NCBI GenBank assembly: GCA_004764695.1
Contig: SMSO01000037.1
Coordinates: forward strand, 3,324,747 to 3,388,746
Length of the DNA stretch: 64,000 bases
Direction: 5' to 3'
From: Schizochytrium sp. TIO01
Taxonomy: Eukaryota > Protista > Bigyra: Labyrinthulomycetes
Every line of letters begins with the position of its first letter. Position 1 is the first letter of the stretch. Positions 61,168 through 64,000 of the stretch are shown piece after piece. Both the position numbers and the translations under genes were made by a program. The notes beneath the pieces were generated by a model, which ran no database searches, had not been told where the DNA came from, and worked only from the letters and a program-made list of their open reading frames with translations.

Positions 61168-63312
61168 TTAGAACGAGTTTTTGGCAGAAGGTGCAGAGTT
61201 GAATTTATTTGTGCTCGCCTCGACATCAGGGTTATGTGTTTGATCAGCCGTATGCTCTTTCTGTGCCGCAAGACAACGACGGACAACGAAAATCACTGTG
61301 ACAATAAGCATTGCAGCAACAATCACAATGCTGGCCAGAATTACTTTTGATGAAGCCGCATTTGGCATGTAATATAACTCATATTGCTTGATTCCAAGCA
61401 CAACATTTACTAGACCAAGAATCAACAAAGCACGACCCAATGCATGATGCGCCCATTCCCATGCTTCGCGCCAATCGTCGTCATGTCCCGGGCGCACTAT
61501 AGCGAGTGCAATGTGCACAGCGACAATAACGAAAATTGCCAACCCGAGCTTGCCATGAACAGAATTGAAGTTGCTGCCCCATTTGTATTTAACAATAATC
61601 GCAAAAGCAACAACAGATAAGATACAAGCAATGAGAACGAGAAACTTGTGGCCTTTAAACCACATGGTGCTATTTTTAAATCTCAAAAGAAGAGGCAAAA
61701 GTGTTGCACCTGGAAAAAGGAAAACCCAAGCTACGAACATCATGATAGCATGCGTGGCTAATTGCCAAGGTGCACCTTGAATCCAGCTTTCAAAACTTGA
61801 AGAATCATACGCAGAGGACGGAATATCGGACGTTGAGCTCGTGGGTGATCCCCCAGAAGGGGACGCTCTTGACGTTGGAGAGTTTGTGTGAATGCGCTCG
61901 CATGTTAGATTCCCTTCATATGCAAATTGAAGAGTAGTGTTGCTTGCTGTAACATTAGCATCCAGCAAAGAACTAGTTGTATTATTTGCTGGGGTGTAAA
62001 GGAACCAAAAAGCACACATCTCTTCAAGTTGTTCATCGCCGCCAGTTGTTGAATTTTTGCGACCCGATGAATCATACGTACAATGTACAGTTAGACGATC
62101 ATCTGCATAGAGTGTAATATTTGAGGACAACCAATTGACTTGTTGAAGGTTATAGTCAAATTGAGCATCGCAAAACGCAAGGTATGGGCTTTCATAGCTG
62201 TTGGCTGGACTCACAGTAGCCCAAATGCCAGTAGACATGCTACGTGCGAAGGCAAATGTAGCCAAGACTGTTACCCCCCGAGAAGGGAAGCTTGATGGCA
62301 AACTTCTGCTAGCAGCAATCTCATAGAATGGCTCATCTGGAGGAATAAGTATCGAATCAGTAGACGCCCCAAATAATCCCCACGTAGCTGGCTGAAAGTT
62401 GCTTGATGTTTGATTTTGAGGGATATAAGTTATCTCAAACCCGGAGCTGTCTGTATAGTTAGATTCCAATGCAGAGTTGAAATACTGCACCTCTAGAATG
62501 TATACTTTATCTTGACCATTGATCATAATCCCAGATTCACTGGGCATACAAAGCGTTTCGCCCCCTGCGGCCCATGAATATACAAAATTAGTACAATTGA
62601 GTGCGGACACGGTTCCTTGTGCAGGACTAGAAAACGCCAATTGCAGAGCTGTAGAGTTTTCACAGACCAACAAACGCATGGTTTCAACCATGTCAATTTG
62701 ATCAATGACAGGGGAAATCCTTGTTATGTAAATTTTGTCTTCAGGTAGACCATCAAAAAGGTAACTAACTTGCGAGGTCTTTTCCTGCGTGATGGAATAG
62801 CTGGGCATAGTCAAATTTACCTCTCGGGACCCAACTGACTTGCCGCATGAGGGTGATGGAGTAGGATAGAAAGTAGGGGAGAAAGTTGGAAAGTGCGTTG
62901 GCTTCTGTGTAGGAGCATTGGTACTTTTAACAACGACATCATATACTCCTGGATTCGTGATGCCAGTTACATAAGTTGGAGTGTCTCCTTTCGACCAAAT
63001 ACAGCTGGGGTCTCCGAGTTCCTCGCCATTGGATAGTCCATCTCCATCGCTATCCTTTTTACAAAGTGCCTGAGTCCATGAGTGACCTGCACTTTGAAAG
63101 TCCCGACCAAAATTGTTGAGACTTCCTCCACCGCTTGCACGCGTATGACCTACGCCTGGATAGTAGACCCCACTAGAAGAGTAGACGTTGTGGCCATTTG
63201 GAATTCGATTCTGATAGCTACTATATCCGTAGCTCAAGCCAGGAAAAAGAGCAATGAAAAGCAACTGAGCAATCATGACCAAAATAGTACTTTCTGTTTT
63301 CATCTTTGACAT
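61168..63312 (-). CDS. Temptin-like + PT-repeat + inactive Cu-monooxygenase-like + cytochrome b561 fusion, copy C
   Basis: Signal ILVMIAQLLFIALFPGLSYG-YSSYQNRIPNG, DSDGDGLSNGEELGDPSC, PT linker APTQKPTHFPTFSPTFYPTPSP. Copper positions read VETM, EVQY, AFAR, EEMC. b561 His retained (ATHAIMM, KGHK, SVHGKLG, AHHALGR). Confidence 0.9.
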   Translation of the reverse strand: MSKMKTESTILVMIAQLLFIALFPGLSYGYSSYQNRIPNGHNVYSSSGVYYPGVGHTRASGGGSLNNFGRDFQSAGHSWTQALCKKDSDGDGLSNGEELGDPSCIWSKGDTPTYVTGITNPGVYDVVVKSTNAPTQKPTHFPTFSPTFYPTPSPSCGKSVGSREVNLTMPSYSITQEKTSQVSYLFDGLPEDKIYITRISPVIDQIDMVETMRLLVCENSTALQLAFSSPAQGTVSALNCTNFVYSWAAGGETLCMPSESGIMINGQDKVYILEVQYFNSALESNYTDSSGFEITYIPQNQTSSNFQPATWGLFGASTDSILIPPDEPFYEIAASRSLPSSFPSRGVTVLATFAFARSMSTGIWATVSPANSYESPYLAFCDAQFDYNLQQVNWLSSNITLYADDRLTVHCTYDSSGRKNSTTGGDEQLEEMCAFWFLYTPANNTTSSLLDANVTASNTTLQFAYEGNLTCERIHTNSPTSRASPSGGSPTSSTSDIPSSAYDSSSFESWIQGAPWQLATHAIMMFVAWVFLFPGATLLPLLLRFKNSTMWFKGHKFLVLIACILSVVAFAIIVKYKWGSNFNSVHGKLGLAIFVIVAVHIALAIVRPGHDDDWREAWEWAHHALGRALLILGLVNVVLGIKQYELYYMPNAASSKVILASIVIVAAMLIVTVIFVVRRCLAAQKEHTADQTHNPDVEASTNKFNSAPSAKNSF

Positions 63313-63432
63313 ATAAGCTATGGCTTATCTCGGCTGTACTTTTAACATAGAAGAGCGAAACCGCGAGCTTAGAGAGGAAGTTATTTTTTGTTTTTGTCTC
63401 TTTGCATACCTTGGGCTTTTGGTTTCGACTTT

Positions 63433-63475
63433 GGTATTGACTTTGGTTTTGGTTTTGGTTTTGGTTTTGGTTTTG
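63433..63475. repeat. (TTTTGG)n hexamer repeat
   Basis: tttggttttggttttggttttggttttggttttg. Confidence 0.85.
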
Positions 63476-64000
63476 TTCATTATTGCGCTCTTTTACCTGC
63501 ATTGATATATTCCCGCTGCAAAGAAGCATCCATGTATCATAATTTCCAGAATGCAGTTAGGACGACTTAATTGCAAGCAATGAAAACGGAAAGGACATTC
63601 GCACAGTGTCTCACAAATTCAATAAAAAACTCTGGCCTCAGTTTTGCAAAGTATAACCAGCAGAATTCAGAATTATTGTATTTGATGGGCTCAAAGAGCA
63701 GTTGCGTTTCAGCTTTTAAGCAATTAACTTTAGAATGAGTTGTTCTCAGTCAAGAATCCGAACAAAGTTTGTTTCTCCTCTTTTCCAGCTCTAAACTTCC
63801 TTGTGTGATAGGCACTTTGTGAAGCTAATCATCATGCTTTTAAATTTGTTATTTTTTTATACACGCCCTATATCTAGGTAGGCCTAAATACATATTTTTA
63901 ATTGAGATTGTAAAGAATTAAAAAGACAACCAGTTTTAGACAGAGTAAACTTTAAAAAACTGCTTTCTGTGTACAATAACTAACATATTGAACCTGTCAC

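Noticed and set aside
63433-63475. (TTTTGG)n as an interstitial telomere
   Set aside because: It is only about six units in a 5' flank and is better explained as an ordinary microsatellite.
1-64000. Search by eye for rRNA, tRNA, transposase/RT/integrase or viral hallmark genes
   Set aside because: None recognised. tRNAscan-SE, Infernal and RepeatMasker would be needed to exclude small or degenerate ones.

Overview
This is a eukaryotic, intron-poor 64 kb window. Compact single-exon genes, a stramenopile-style PT repeat, flagellar genes and microsatellite-rich intergenic DNA suggest a heterotrophic stramenopile, probably a thraustochytrid/labyrinthulomycete (inference, not tested). About 17 protein-coding genes are supportable. 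Recognisable ones are AASDH/ACSF4-like NRPS (A-T-PQQ), a CaMK-family kinase, a mitochondrial-type CnoX/YbbN chaperedoxin, CCDC22, a DUF1336 protein, an HSD11B1-like SDR, enkurin and IFT25. Two items stand out. (1) An ORF missing from the ORF track because it runs off the left edge (2446..<1, minus strand) fuses a signal-peptide-like N-terminus, a MYRF/phage-type self-cleaving ICA (peptidase S74) domain, a long coiled coil, a TM helix and an ATAD3-type AAA+ ATPase. (2) A tandem trio (52.9-63.3 kb) encodes temptin-like domain + copper type II (DBH/PHM-like) monooxygenase + cytochrome b561 fusions. One copy keeps every copper ligand but carries a 1-nt frameshift just before the CuM Met. The other two have lost all copper His ligands yet keep all four b561 haem His. 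Two long gene-poor stretches (17-32.5 kb and 38.8-45.3 kb) hold simple repeats and decayed coding-like sequence. No rRNA, tRNA, CRISPR or recognisable transposase was seen.
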